From contig OZ059894.1 in NCBI GenBank assembly GCA_964057225.1, positions 2,108,001 through 2,172,000 on the forward strand: a DNA stretch of 64,000 nucleotides, written 5' to 3'. This document shows positions 24,401 to 40,200 of this stretch, one piece after another. This DNA comes from Auanema rhodensis (Eukaryota > Animalia > Nematoda). Every line of letters starts with the position of its first letter. The first letter of the stretch is position 1. The translations under genes and the position numbers were made by a program. The notes below the pieces were generated by a model. It saw only the letters and a program-made list of their open reading frames with translations, was not told the DNA's origin and searched no databases.

Positions 24401-27400
24401 TCTCGGTGCATTTTCAAGCTAGCGCAAATCTGATAACACAGATCGACGCAGCTTGAAAATCCGCATCGAATGCACTATACTACATTGAGGAACGCTTAAT
24501 ACAAAAATTAGTTATGATCGTTTGAAAAATGATGCATTAGTGTATGTTGAGTTTCCATGTACACTCAACATAGCTTCCAAAAACATTTTGACAAAAATTT
24601 TTTCGAAAAATTTCAAAATAATTTAGCAGAAAGTAGATGTTTTTAGATTCCTTTTTTTAAGGCAAAGACGATGGACAATGTTGTTCAACGAAAAAATTAA
24701 TTCTTCAGGGTGAAAATCGAGGATATAAGTGTGAACTTATATCAGTTGATATCTCGGTGCATTTTTAAGCTAGCGCAAATCTGATAACACAGATCGACGC
24801 AGCTTGAAAATCCGCATCGAATGCACTATACTACATTGAGGAACGCTTAATACAAAAATTAGTTATGATCGTTTGAAAAATGATGCATTAGTGTATGTTG
24901 AGTTTCCATGTACACTCAACATAGCTTCCAAAAACATTTTGACAAAAATTTTTTCGAAAAATTTCAAAATAATTTAGCAGAAAGTAGATGTTTTTAGATT
25001 CCTTTTTTTAAGGCAAAGACGATGGACAATGTTATTCAACGAAAAAATTAATTCTTCAGGGTGAAAATCGAGGATATAAGTGTGAACTTATATCAGTTGA
25101 TATCTCGGTGCATTTTTAAGCTAGCGCAAATCTGATAACACAGATCGACGCAGCTTGAAAATCCGCATCGAATGCACTATACTACTTTGAGAAACGCTTA
25201 ATACAAAAATTAGTTATGATCGTTTGAAAAATGATGCATTAGTGTATGTTGAGTTTCCATGTACACTCAACATAGCTTCCAAAAACATTTTGACAAAATT
25301 TTTTTCGAAAAATTTCAAAATAATTTAGCAGAAAGTAGATGTTTTTAGATTCCTTTTTTTAAGGCAAAGACGACAGACAATGTTATTCAACGAAAAAATT
25401 AATTCTTCAGGGTGAAAATCGAGGATATAAGTGTGAACTTATATCAGTTGATATCTCGGTGCATTTTTAAGCTAGCGCAAATCTGATAACACAGATCGAC
25501 GCAGCTTGAAAATCCGCATCGAATGCACTATACTACTTTGAGAAACGTTAAATACAAAAATTAGTTATGATCGTTTGAAAAATGATGCATTAGTGTATGT
25601 TGAGTTTCCATGTACACTCAACATAGCTTCCAAAAACATTTTGACAAAATTTTTTTCGAAAAATTTCAAAATAATTTAGCAGAAAGTAGATGTTTTTAGA
25701 TTCCTTTTTTTAAGGCAAAGACGACAGACAATGTTATTCAACGAAAAAATTAATTCTTCAGGGTGAAAATCGAGGATATAAGTGTGAACTTATATCAGTT
25801 GATATCTCGGTGCATTTTTAAGCTAGCGCAAATCTGATAACACAGATCGACGCAGCTTGAAAATCCGCATCGAATGCACTATACTACATTGAGGAACGCT
25901 TAATACAAAAATTAGTTATGATCGTTTGAAAAATGATGCATTAGTGTATGTTGAGTTTCCATGTACACTCAACATAGCTTCCAAAAACATTTTGACAAAA
26001 ATTTTTTCGAAAAATTTCAAAATAATTTAGCAGAAAGTAGATGTTTTTAGATTCCTTTTTTTAAGGCAAAGACGATGGACAATGTTATTCAACGAAAAAA
26101 TTAATTCTTCAGGGTGAAAATCGAGGATATAAGTGTGAACTTATATCAGTTGATATCTCGGTGCATTTTCAAGCTAGCGCAAATCTGATAACACAGATCG
26201 ACGCAGCTTGAAAATCCGCATCGAATGCACTATACTACATTGAGGAACGCTTAATACAAAAATTAGTTATGATCGTTTGAAAAATGATGCATTAGTGTAT
26301 GTTGAGTTTCCATGTACACTCAACATAGCTTCCAAAAACATTTTGACAAAAATTTTTTCGAAAAATTTCAAAATAATTTAGCAGAAAGTAGATGTTTTTA
26401 GATTCCTTTTTTTAAGGCAAAGACGATGGACAATGTTGTTCAACGAAAAAATTAATTCTTCAGGGTGAAAATCGAGGATATAAGTGTGAACTTATATCAG
26501 TTGATATCTCGGTGCATTTTTAAGCTAGCGCAAATCTGATAACACAGATCGACGCAGCTTGAAAATCCGCATCGAATGCACTATACTACATTGAGGAACG
26601 CTTAATACAAAAATTAGTTATGATCGTTTGAAAAATGATGAATTAGTGTATGTTGAGTTTCCATGTACACTCAACATAGCTTCCAAAAACATTTTGACAA
26701 AAATTTTTTCGAAAAATTTCAAAATAATTTAGCAGAAAGTATATGTTTTTAGATTCCTTTTTTCAAGGCAAAGACGATGAACAATGTTATTCAACGAAAA
26801 AATTAATTCTTCAGGGTGAAAATCGAGGATATAAGTGTGAATTTATATCAGTTGATATCTCGGTGCATTTTTAAGCTAGCGCAAATCTGATAACACAGAT
26901 CGACGCAGCTTAAAAATCCGCATCGAATGCACTATACTACATTGAGGAACGCTTAATACAAAAATTAGTTATGATCGTTTGAAAAATGATGCATTAGTGT
27001 ATGTTGAGTTTCCATGTACACTCAACATAGCTTCCAAAAACATTTTGACAAAAATTTTTTCGAAAAATTTCAGAATAATTTAGCAAAAAGTAGATGTTTT
27101 TAGATTTCTTTTCTCAAGGCAAAGACGATGGACAATGTTATTCAACGAAAAAATTAATTCTTCAGGGTGAAAATCGAGGATATAAGTGTGAATTTATATC
27201 AGTTGATATCTCGGTGCATTTTTAAGCTAGCGCAAATCTGATAACACAGATCGACGCAGCTTGAAAATCCGCATCGAATGCACTATACTACATTGAGGAA
27301 CGCTTAATACAAAAATTAGTTATGATCGTTTGAAAAATGATGCATTAGTGTATGTTGAGTTTCCATGTACACTCAACATAGCTTCCAAAAACATTTTGAC

Positions 27401-30400
27401 AAAAATTTTTTCGAAAAATTTCAAAATAATTTAGCAGAAAGTAGATGTTTTTAGATTCCTTTTTTTAAGGCAAAGACGATGGACAATGTTATTCAACGAA
27501 AAAATTAATTCTTCAGGGTGAAAATCGAGGATATAAGTGTGAACTTATATCAGTTGATATCTCGGTGCATTTTCAAGCTAGCGCAAATCTGATAACACAG
27601 ATCGACGCAGCTTGAAAATCCGCATCGAATGCACTATACTACATTGAGGAACGCTTAATACAAAAATTAGTTATGATCGTTTGAAAAATGATGCATTAGT
27701 GTATGTTGAGTTTCCATGTACACTCAACATAGCTTCCAAAAACATTTTGACAAAAATTTTTTCGAAAAATTTCAAAATAATTTAGCAGAAAGTAGATGTT
27801 TTTAGATTCCTTTTTTTAAGGCAAAGACGATGGACAATGTTATTCAACGAAAAAATTAATTCTTCAGGGTGAAAATCGAGGATATAAGTGTGAACTTATA
27901 TCAGTTGATATCTCGGTGCATTTTTAAGCTAGCGCAAATCTGATAACACAGATCGACGCAGCTTGAAAATCCGCATCGAATGCACTATACTACTTTGAGA
28001 AACGCTTAATACAAAAATTAGTTATGATCGTTTGAAAAATGATGCATTAGTGTATGTTGAGTTTCCATGTACACTCAACATAGCTTCCAAAAACATTTTG
28101 ACAAAATTTTTTTCGAAAAATTTCAAAATAATTTAGCAGAAAGTAGATGTTTTTAGATTCCTTTTTTTAAGGCAAAGACGACAGACAATGTTATTCAACG
28201 AAAAAATTAATTCTTCAGGGTGAAAATCGAGGATATAAGTGTGAACTTATATCAGTTGATATCTCGGTGCATTTTTAAGCTAGCGCAAATCTGATAACAC
28301 AGATCGACGCAGCTTGAAAATCCGCATCGAATGCACTATACTACTTTGAGAAACGTTAAATACAAAAATTAGTTATGATCGTTTGAAAAATGATGCATTA
28401 GTGTATGTTGAGTTTCCATGTACACTCAACATAGCTTCCAAAAACATTTTGACAAAATTTTTTTCGAAAAATTTCAAAATAATTTAGCAGAAAGTAGATG
28501 TTTTTAGATTCCTTTTTTTAAGGCAAAGACGACAGACAATGTTATTCAACGAAAAAATTAATTCTTCAGGGTGAAAATCGAGGATATAAGTGTGAACTTA
28601 TATCAGTTGATATCTCGGTGCATTTTTAAGCTAGCGCAAATCTGATAACACAGATCGACGCAGCTTGAAAATCCGCATCGAATGCACTATACTACATTGA
28701 GGAACGCTTAATACAAAAATTAGTTATGATCGTTTGAAAAATGATGCATTAGTGTATGTTGAGTTTCCATGTACACTCAACATAGCTTCCAAAAACATTT
28801 TGACAAAAATTTTTTCGAAAAATTTCAAAATAATTTAGCAGAAAGTAGATGTTTTTAGATTCCTTTTTTTAAGGCAAAGACGATGGACAATGTTATTCAA
28901 CGAAAAAATTAATTCTTCAGGGTGAAAATCGAGGATATAAGTGTGAACTTATATCAGTTGATATCTCGGTGCATTTTTAAGCTAGCGCAAATCTGATAAC
29001 ACAGATCGACGCAGCTTGAAAATCCGCATCGAATGCACTATACTACTTTGAGAAACGCTTAATACAAAAATTAGTTATGATCGTTTGAAAAATGATGCAT
29101 TAGTGTATGTTGAGTTTCCATGTACACTCAACATAGCTTCCAAAAACATTTTGACAAAATTTTTTTCGAAAAATTTCAAAATAATTTAGCAGAAAGTAGA
29201 TGTTTTTAGATTCCTTTTTTTAAGGCAAAGACGACAGACAATGTTATTCAACGAAAAAATTAATTCTTCAGGGTGAAAATCGAGGATATAAGTGTGAACT
29301 TATATCAGTTGATATCTCGGTGCATTTTTAAGCTAGCGCAAATCTGATAACACAGATCGACGCAGCTTGAAAATCCGCATCGAATGCACTATACTACTTT
29401 GAGAAACGTTAAATACAAAAATTAGTTATGATCGTTTGAAAAATGATGCATTAGTGTATGTTGAGTTTCCATGTACACTCAACATAGCTTCCAAAAACAT
29501 TTTGACAAAATTTTTTTCGAAAAATTTCAAAATAATTTAGCAGAAAGTAGATGTTTTTAGATTCCTTTTTTTAAGGCAAAGACGACAGACAATGTTATTC
29601 AACGAAAAAATTAATTCTTCAGGGTGAAAATCGAGGATATAAGTGTGAACTTATATCAGTTGATATCTCGGTGCATTTTTAAGCTAGCGCAAATCTGATA
29701 ACACAGATCGACGCAGCTTGAAAATCCGCATCGAATGCACTATACTACATTGAGGAACGCTTAATACAAAAATTAGTTATGATCGTTTGAAAAATGATGC
29801 ATTAGTGTATGTTGAGTTTCCATGTACACTCAACATAGCTTCCAAAAACATTTTGACAAAAATTTTTTCGAAAAATTTCAAAATAATTTAGCAGAAAGTA
29901 GATGTTTTTAGATTCCTTTTTTTAAGGCAAAGACGATGGACAATGTTGTTCAACGAAAAAATTAATTCTTCAGGGTGAAAATCGAGGATATAAGTGTGAA
30001 CTTATATCAGTTGATATCTCGGTGCATTTTTAAGCTAGCGCAAATCTGATAACACAGATCGACGCAGCTTGAAAATCCGCATCGAATGCACTATACTACA
30101 TTGAGGAACGCTTAATACAAAAATTAGTTATGATCGTTTGAAAAATGATGCATTAGTGTATGTTGAGTTTCCATGTACACTCAACATAGCTTCCAAAAAC
30201 ATTTTGACAAAAATTTTTTCGAAAAATTTCAAAATAATTTAGCAGAAAGTAGATGTTTTTAGATTCCTTTTTTTAAGGCAAAGACGATGGACAATGTTAT
30301 TCAACGAAAAAATTAATTCTTCAGGGTGAAAATCGAGGATATAAGTGTGAACTTATATCAGTTGATATCTCGGTGCATTTTTAAGCTAGCGCAAATCTGA

Positions 30401-33400
30401 TAACACAGATCGACGCAGCTTGAAAATCCGCATCGAATGCACTATACTACTTTGAGAAACGTTAAATACAAAAATTAGTTATGATCGTTTGAAAAATGAT
30501 GCATTAGTGTATGTTGAGTTTCCATGTACACTCAACATAGCTTCCAAAAACATTTTGACAAAATTTTTTTCGAAAAATTTCAAAATAATTTAGCAGAAAG
30601 TAGATGTTTTTAGATTCCTTTTTTTAAGGCAAAGACGACAGACAATGTTATTCAACGAAAAAATTAATTCTTCAGGGTGAAAATCGAGGATATAAGTGTG
30701 AACTTATATCAGTTGATATCTCGGTGCATTTTTAAGCTAGCGCAAATCTGATAACACAGATCGACGCAGCTTGAAAATCCGCATCGAATGCACTATACTA
30801 CATTGAGGAACGCTTAATACAAAAATTAGTTATGATCGTTTGAAAAATGATGCATTAGTGTATGTTGAGTTTCCATGTACACTCAACATAGCTTCCAAAA
30901 ACATTTTGACAAAAATTTTTTCGAAAAATTTCAAAATAATTTAGCAGAAAGTAGATGTTTTTAGATTCTTTTTTTTAAGGCAAAGACGATGGACAATGTT
31001 ATTCAACGAAAAAATTAATTCTTCAGGGTGAAAATCGAGGATATAAGTGTGAACTTATATCAGTTGATATCTCGGTGCATTTTTAAGCTAGCGCAAATCT
31101 GATAACACAGATCGACGCAGCTTGAAAATCCGCATCGAATGCACTATACTACTTTGAGAAACGCTTAATACAAAAATTAGTTATGATCGTTTGAAAAATG
31201 ATGCATTAGTGTATGTTGAGTTTCCATGTACACTCAACATAGCTTCCAAAAACATTTTGACAAAATTTTTTTCGAAAAATTTCAAAATAATTTAGCAGAA
31301 AGTAGATGTTTTTAGATTCCTTTTTTTAAGGCAAAGACGACAGACAATGTTATTCAACGAAAAAATTAATTCTTCAGGGTGAAAATCGAGGATATAAGTG
31401 TGAACTTATATCAGTTGATATCTCGGTGCATTTTTAAGCTAGCGCAAATCTGATAACACAGATCGACGCAGCTTGAAAATCCGCATCGAATGCACTATAC
31501 TACATTGAGGAACGCTTAATACAAAAATTAGTTATGATCGTTTGAAAAATGATGCATTAGTGTATGTTGAGTTTCCATGTACACTCAACATAGCTTCCAA
31601 AAACATTTTGACAAAAATTTTTTCGAAAAATTTCAAAATAATTTAGCAGAAAGTAGATGTTTTTAGATTCCTTTTTTTAAGGCAAAGACGATGGACAATG
31701 TTATTCAACGAAAAAATTAATTCTTCAGGGTGAAAATCGAGGATATAAGTGTGAACTTATATCAGTTGATATCTCGGTGCATTTTTAAGCTAGCGCAAAT
31801 CTGATAACACAGATCGACGCAGCTTGAAAATCCGCATCGAATGCACTATACTACTTTGAGAAACGCTTAATACAAAAATTAGTTATGATCGTTTGAAAAA
31901 TGATGCATTAGTGTATGTTGAGTTTCCATGTACACTCAACATAGCTTCCAAAAACATTTTGACAAAATTTTTTTCGAAAAATTTCAAAATAATTTAGCAG
32001 AAAGTAGATGTTTTTAGATTCCTTTTTTTAAGGCAAAGACGACAGACAATGTTATTCAACGAAAAAATTAATTCTTCAGGGTGAAAATCGAGGATATAAG
32101 TGTGAACTTATATCAGTTGATATCTCGGTGCATTTTTAAGCTAGCGCAAATCTGATAACACAGATCGACGCAGCTTGAAAATCCGCATCGAATGCACTAT
32201 ACTACTTTGAGAAACGCTTAATACAAAAATTAGTTATGATCGTTTGAAAAATGATGCATTAGTGTATGTTGAGTTTCCATGTACACTCAACATAGCTTCC
32301 AAAAACATTTTGACAAAATTTTTTTCGAAAAATTTCAAAATAATTTAGCAGAAAGTAGATGTTTTTAGATTCCTTTTTTTAAGGCAAAGACGACAGACAA
32401 TGTTATTCAACAAAAAAATTAATTCTTCAGGGTGAAAATCGAGGATATAAGTGTGAACTTATATCAGTTGATATCTCGGTGCATTTTTAAGCTAGCGCAA
32501 ATCTGATAACACAGATCGACGCAGCTTGAAAATCCGCATCGAATGCACTATACTACATTGAGGAACGCTTAATACAAAAATTAGTTATGATCGTTTGAAA
32601 AATGATGCATTAGTGTATGTTGAGTTTCCATGTACACTCAACATAGCTTCCAAAAACATTTTGACAAAAATTTTTTCGAAAAATTTCAAAATAATTTAGC
32701 AGAAAGTATATGTTTTTAGATTCCTTTTTTCAAGGCAAAGACGATGAACAATGTTATTCAACGAAAAAATTAATTCTTCAGGGTGAAAATCGAGGATATA
32801 AGTGTGAATTTATATCAGTTGATATCTCGGTGCATTTTTAAGCTAGCGCAAATCTGATAACACAGATCGACGCAGCTTAAAAATCCGCATCGAATGCACT
32901 ATACTACATTGAGGAACGCTTGATACAAAAATTAGTTATGATCGTTTGAAAAATGATGCATTAGTGTATGTTGAGTTTCCATGTACACTCAACATAGCTT
33001 CCAAAAACATTTTGACAAAAATTTTTTCGAAAAATTTCAGAATAATTTAGCAAAAAGTAGATGTTTTTAGATTTCTTTTCTCAAGGCAAAGACGATGGAC
33101 AATGTTATTCAACGAAAAAATTAATTCTTCAGGGTGAAAATCGAGGATATAAGTGTGAATTTATATCAGTTGATATCTCGGTGCATTTTTAAGCTAGCGC
33201 AAATCTGATAACACAGATCGACGCAGCTTAAAAATCCGCATCGAATGCACTATACTACTTTGAGAAACGCTTAATACAAAAATTAGTTATGATCGTTTGA
33301 AAAATGATGCATTAGTGTATGTTGAGTTTCCATGTACACTCAACATAGCTTCCAAAAACATTTTGACAAAATTTTTTTCGAAAAATTTCAAAATAATTTA

Positions 33401-36400
33401 GCAGAAAGTAGATGTTTTTAGATTCCTTTTTTTAAGGCAAAGACGACAGACAATGTTATTCAACGAAAAAATTAATTCTTCAGGGTGAAAATCGAGGATA
33501 TAAGTGTGAACTTATATCAGTTGATATCTCGGTGCATTTTTAAGCTAGCGCAAATCTGATAACACAGATCGACGCAGCTTGAAAATCCGCATCGAATGCA
33601 CTATACTACTTTGAGAAACGCTTAATACAAAAATTAGTTATGATCGTTTGAAAAATGATGCATTAGTGTATGTTGAGTTTCCATGTACACTCAACATAGC
33701 TTCCAAAAACATTTTGACAAAATTTTTTTCGAAAAATTTCAAAATAATTTAGCAGAAAGTAGATGTTTTTAGATTCCTTTTTTTAAGGCAAAGACGACAG
33801 ACAATGTTATTCAACAAAAAAATTAATTCTTCAGGGTGAAAATCGAGGATATAAGTGTGAACTTATATCAGTTGATATCTCGGTGCATTTTTAAGCTAGC
33901 GCAAATCTGATAACACAGATCGACGCAGCTTGAAAATCCGCATCGAATGCACTATACTACATTGAGGAACGCTTAATACAAAAATTAGTTATGATCGTTT
34001 GAAAAATGATGCATTAGTGTATGTTGAGTTTCCATGTACACTCAACATAGCTTCCAAAAACATTTTGACAAAAATTTTTTCGAAAAATTTCAAAATAATT
34101 TAGCAGAAAGTATATGTTTTTAGATTCCTTTTTTCAAGGCAAAGACGATGAACAATGTTATTCAACGAAAAAATTAATTCTTCAGGGTGAAAATCGAGGA
34201 TATAAGTGTGAATTTATATCAGTTGATATCTCGGTGCATTTTTAAGCTAGCGCAAATCTGATAACACAGATCGACGCAGCTTAAAAATCCGCATCGAATG
34301 CACTATACTACATTGAGGAACGCTTAATACAAAAATTAGTTATGATCGTTTGAAAAATGATGCATTAGTGTATGTTGAGTTTCCATGTACACTCAACATA
34401 GCTTCCAAAAACATTTTGACAAAAATTTTTTCGAAAAATTTCAGAATAATTTAGCAAAAAGTAGATGTTTTTAGATTTCTTTTCTCAAGGCAAAGACGAT
34501 GGACAATGTTATTCAACGAAAAAATTAATTCTTCAGGGTGAAAATCGAGGATATAAGTGTGAATTTATATCAGTTGATATCTCGGTGCATTTTTAAGCTA
34601 GCGCAAATCTGATAACACAGATCGACGCAGCTTAAAAATCCGCATCGAATGCACTATACTACATTGAGGAACGCTTAATACAAAAATTAGTTATGATCGT
34701 TTGAAAAATGATGCATTAGTGTATGTTGAGTTTCCATGTACACTCAACATTGCTTCCAAAAATATTTTGACAAAAATTTTTTCGAAAAATTTCAAATTAA
34801 TTTAGCAGAAAGTATATGTTTTTAGATTCCTTTTTTCAAGGCAAAGACGATGGACAATGTTATTCAACGAAAAAATTAATTCTTCAGGGTGAAAATCGAG
34901 GATATAAGTGTGAATTTATATCAGTTGATATCTCGGTGCATTTTTAAGCTAGCGCAAATCTGATAACACAGATCGACGCAGCTTGAAAATCCGCATCGAA
35001 TGCACTATACTACATTGAGGAACGCTTAATACAAAAATTAGTTATGATCGTTTGAAAAATGATGCATTAGTGTATGTTGAGTTTCCATGTACACTCAACA
35101 TTGCTTCCAAAAACATTTTGACAAAAATTTTTTCGAAAAATTTCAAATTAATTTAGCAGAAAGTAGATGTTTTTAGATTCCTTTTTTTAAGGCAAAGACG
35201 ATGGACAATGTTATTCAACGAAAAAATTAATTCTTCAGGGTGAAAATCGAGGATATAAGTGTGAACTTATATCAGTTGATATCTCGGTGCATTTTTAAGC
35301 TAGCGCAAATCTGATAACACAGATCGACGCAGCTTGAAAATCCGCATCGAATGCACTATACTACTTTGAGAAACGCTTAATACAAAAATTAGTTATGATC
35401 GTTTGAAAAATGATGCATTAGTGTATGTTGAGTTTCCATGTACACTCAACATAGCTTCCAAAAACATTTTGACAAAATTTTTTTCGAAAAATTTCAAAAT
35501 AATTTAGCAGAAAGTAGATGTTTTTAGATTCCTTTTTTTAAGGCAAAGACGACAGACAATGTTATTCAACGAAAAAATTAATTCTTCAGGGTGAAAATCG
35601 AGGATATAAGTGTGAACTTATATCAGTTGATATCTCGGTGCATTTTTAAGCTAGCGCAAATCTGATAACACAGATCGACGCAGCTTGAAAATCCGCATCG
35701 AATGCACTATACTACTTTGAGAAACGCTTAATACAAAAATTAGTTATGATCGTTTGAAAAATGATGCATTAGTGTATGTTGAGTTTCCATGTACACTCAA
35801 CATAGCTTCCAAAAACATTTTGACAAAATTTTTTTCGAAAAATTTCAAAATAATTTAGCAGAAAGTAGATGTTTTTAGATTCCTTTTTTTAAGGCAAAGA
35901 CGACAGACAATGTTATTCAACAAAAAAATTAATTCTTCAGGGTGAAAATCGAGGATATAAGTGTGAACTTATATCAGTTGATATCTCGGTGCATTTTTAA
36001 GCTAGCGCAAATCTGATAACACAGATCGACGCAGCTTGAAAATCCGCATCGAATGCACTATACTACATTGAGGAACGCTTAATACAAAAATTAGTTATGA
36101 TCGTTTGAAAAATGATGCATTAGTGTATGTTGAGTTTCCATGTACACTCAACATAGCTTCCAAAAACATTTTGACAAAAATTTTTTCGAAAAATTTCAAA
36201 ATAATTTAGCAGAAAGTATATGTTTTTAGATTCCTTTTTTCAAGGCAAAGACGATGAACAATGTTATTCAACGAAAAAATTAATTCTTCAGGGTGAAAAT
36301 CGAGGATATAAGTGTGAATTTATATCAGTTGATATCTCGGTGCATTTTTAAGCTAGCGCAAATCTGATAACACAGATCGACGCAGCTTAAAAATCCGCAT

Positions 36401-37206
36401 CGAATGCACTATACTACATTGAGGAACGCTTAATACAAAAATTAGTTATGATCGTTTGAAAAATGATGCATTAGTGTATGTTGAGTTTCCATGTACACTC
36501 AACATAGCTTCCAAAAACATTTTGACAAAAATTTTTTCGAAAAATTTCAGAATAATTTAGCAAAAAGTAGATGTTTTTAGATTTCTTTTCTCAAGGCAAA
36601 GACGATGGACAATGTTATTCAACGAAAAAATTAATTCTTCAGGGTGAAAATCGAGGATATAAGTGTGAATTTATATCAGTTGATATCTCGGTGCATTTTT
36701 AAGCTAGCGCAAATCTGATAACACAGATCGACGCAGCTTAAAAATCCGCATCGAATGCACTATACTACATTGAGGAACGCTTAATACAAAAATTAGTTAT
36801 GATCGTTTGAAAAATGATGCATTAGTGTATGTTGAGTTTCCATGTACACTCAACATTGCTTCCAAAAATATTTTGACAAAAATTTTTTCGAAAAATTTCA
36901 AATTAATTTAGCAGAAAGTATATGTTTTTAGATTCCTTTTTTCAAGGCAAAGACGATGGACAATGTTATTCAACGAAAAAATTATTTCTTCAGGGTGAAA
37001 ATCGAGGATATAAGTGTGAATTTATATCAGTTGATATCTCGGTGCATTTTTAAGCTAGCGCAAATCTGATAACACAGATCGACGCAGCTTGAAAATCCGC
37101 ATCGAATGCACTATACTACATTGAGGAACGCTTAATACAAAAATTAGTTATGATCGTTTGAAAAATGATGCATTAGTGTATGTTGAGTTTCCATGTACAC
37201 TCAACA
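9478..37206. repeat. Sub-domain 2 (M28-106): T88 subfamily with mainly dimeric alternation and embedded 6-mer blocks
   Basis: Most copies carry A2, G59, G66, T88, C166 and G236. GACGATGGAC copies alternate with T27+GACGACAGAC copies. The GACAGAC allele is confined to about 11.3-36.0 kb. Confidence 0.85.
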
Positions 37207-40200
37207 TTGCTTCCAAAAACATTTTGACAAAAATTTTTTCGAAAAATTTCAAATTAATTTAGCAGAAAGTATATGTTTTTAGATTCCTTTTTTCAAGGCA
37301 AAGACGATGGACAATGTTATTCAACGAAAAAATTAATTCTTCAGGGTGAAAATCGAGGATATAAGTGTGAATTTATATCAGTTGATATCTCGGTGCATTT
37401 TTAAGCTAGCGCAAATCTGATAACACAGATCGACGCAGCTTAAAAATCCGCATCGAATGCACTATACTACATTGAGGAACGCTTAATACAAAAATTAGTT
37501 ATGATCGTTTGAAAAATGATGCATTAGTGTATGTTGAGTTTCCATGTACACTCAACATTGCTTCCAAAAACATTTTGACAAAAATTTTTTCGAAAAATTT
37601 CAAATTAATTTAGCAGAAAGTATATGTTTTTAGATTCCTTTTTTCAAGGCAAAGACGATGGACAATGTTATTCAACGAAAAAATTAATTCTTCAGGGTGA
37701 AAATCGAGGATATAAGTGTGAATTTATATCAGTTGATATCTCGGTGCATTTTTAAGCTAGCGCAAATCTGATAACACAGATCGACGCAGCTTAAAAATCC
37801 GCATCGAATGCACTATACTACATTGAGGAACGCTCAATACAAAAATTAGTTATGATCGTTTGAAAAATGATGCATTAGTGTATGTTGAGTTTCCATGTAC
37901 ACTCAACATTGCTTCCAAAAACATTTTGACAAAAATTTTTTCGAAAAATTTCAAATTAATTTAGCAGAAAGTATATGTTTTTAGATTCCTTTTTTCAAGG
38001 CAAAGACGATGGACAATGTTATTCAACGAAAAAATTAATTCTTCAGGGTGAAAATCGAGGATATAAGTGTGAATTTATATCAGTTGATATCTCGGTGCAT
38101 TTTTAAGCTAGCGCAAATCTGATAACACAGATCGACGCAGCTTGAAAATCCGCATCGAATGCACTATACTACATTGAGGAACGCTTAATACAAAAATTAG
38201 TTATGATCGTTTGAAAAATGATGCATTAGTGTATGTTGAGTTTCCATGTACACTCAACATAGCTTCCAAAAACATTTTGACAAAAATTTTTTCGAAAAAT
38301 TTCAAAATAATTTAGCAAAAAGTAGATGTTTTTAGATTCCTTTTTTCAAGGCAAAGACGATCGACAATGTTATTCAACGAAAAAATTAATTCTTCAGGGT
38401 GAAAATCGAGGATATAAGTGTGAACTTATATCAGTTGATATCTCGGTGCATTTTTAAGCTAGCGCAAATCTGATAACACAGATCGACGCAGCTTGAAAAT
38501 CCGCATCGAATGCACTATACTACTTTGAGAAACGCTTAATACAAAAATTAGTTATGATCGTTTGAAAAATGATGCATTAGTGTATGTTGAGTTTCCATGT
38601 ACACTCAACATTGCTTCCAAAAACATTTTGACAAAAATTTTTTCGAAAAATTTCAAATTAATTTAGCAGAAAGTATATGTTTTTAGATTCCTTTTTTCAA
38701 GGCAAAGACGATGGACAATGTTATTCAACGAAAAAATTAATTCTTCAGGGTGAAAATCGAGGATATAAGTGTGAATTTATATCAGTTGATATCTCGGTGC
38801 ATTTTTAAGCTAGCGCAAATCTGATAACACAGATCGACGCAGCTTGAAAATCCGCATCGAATGCACTATACTACATTGAGGAACGCTTAATACAAAAATT
38901 AGTTATGATCGTTTGAAAAATGATGCATTAGTGTATGTTGAGTTTCCATGTACACTCAACATAGCTTCCAAAAACATTTTGACAAAAATTTTTTCGAAAA
39001 ATTTCAAAATAATTTAGCAAAAAGTAGATGTTTTTAGATTCCTTTTTTCAAGGCAAAGACGATCGACAATGTTATTCAACGAAAAAATTAATTCGTCAGG
39101 GTGAAAATCGAGGATATAAGTGTGAACTTATATCAGTTGATATCTCGGTGCATTTTTAAGCTAGCGCAAATCTGATAACACAGATCGACGCAGCTTGAAA
39201 ATCCGCATCGAATGCACTATACTACTTTGAGAAACGCTTAATACAAAAATTAGTTATGATCGTTTGAAAAATGATGCATTAGTGTATGTTGAGTTTCCAT
39301 GTACACTCAACATTGCTTCCAAAAACATTTTGACAAAAATTTTTTCGAAAAATTTCAAATTAATTTAGCAGAAAGTATATGTTTTTAGATTCCTTTTTTC
39401 AAGGCAAAGACGATGGACAATGTTATTCAACGAAAAAATTAATTCTTCAGGGTGAAAATCGAGGATATAAGTGTGAATTTATATCAGTTGATATCTCGGT
39501 GCATTTTTAAGCTAGCGCAAATCTGATAACACAGATCGACGCAGCTTGAAAATCCGCATCGAATGCACTATACTACATTGAGGAACGCTTAATACAAAAA
39601 TTAGTTATGATCGTTTGAAAAATGATGCATTAGTGTATGTTGAGTTTCCATGTACACTCAACATAGCTTCCAAAAACATTTTGACAAAAATTTTTTCGAA
39701 AAATTTCAAAATAATTTAGCAAAAAGTAGATGTTTTTAGATTCCTTTTTTCAAGGCAAAGACGATCGACAATGTTATTCAACGAAAAAATTAATTCTTCA
39801 GGGTGAAAATCGAGGATATAAGTGTGAACTTATATCAGTTGATATCTCGGTGCATTTTTAAGCTAGCGCAAATCTGATAACACAGATCGACGCAGCTTGA
39901 AAATCCGCATCGAATGCACTATACTACTTTGAGAAACGCTTAATACAAAAATTAGTTATGATCGTTTGAAAAATGATGCATTAGTGTATGTTGAGTTTCC
40001 ATGTACACTCAACATTGCTTCCAAAAACATTTTGACAAAAATTTTTTCGAAAAATTTCAAATTAATTTAGCAGAAAGTATATGTTTTTAGATTCCTTTTT
40101 TCAAGGCAAAGACGATGGACAATGTTATTCAACGAAAAAATTAATTCTTCAGGGTGAAAATCGAGGATATAAGTGTGAATTTATATCAGTTGATATCTCG

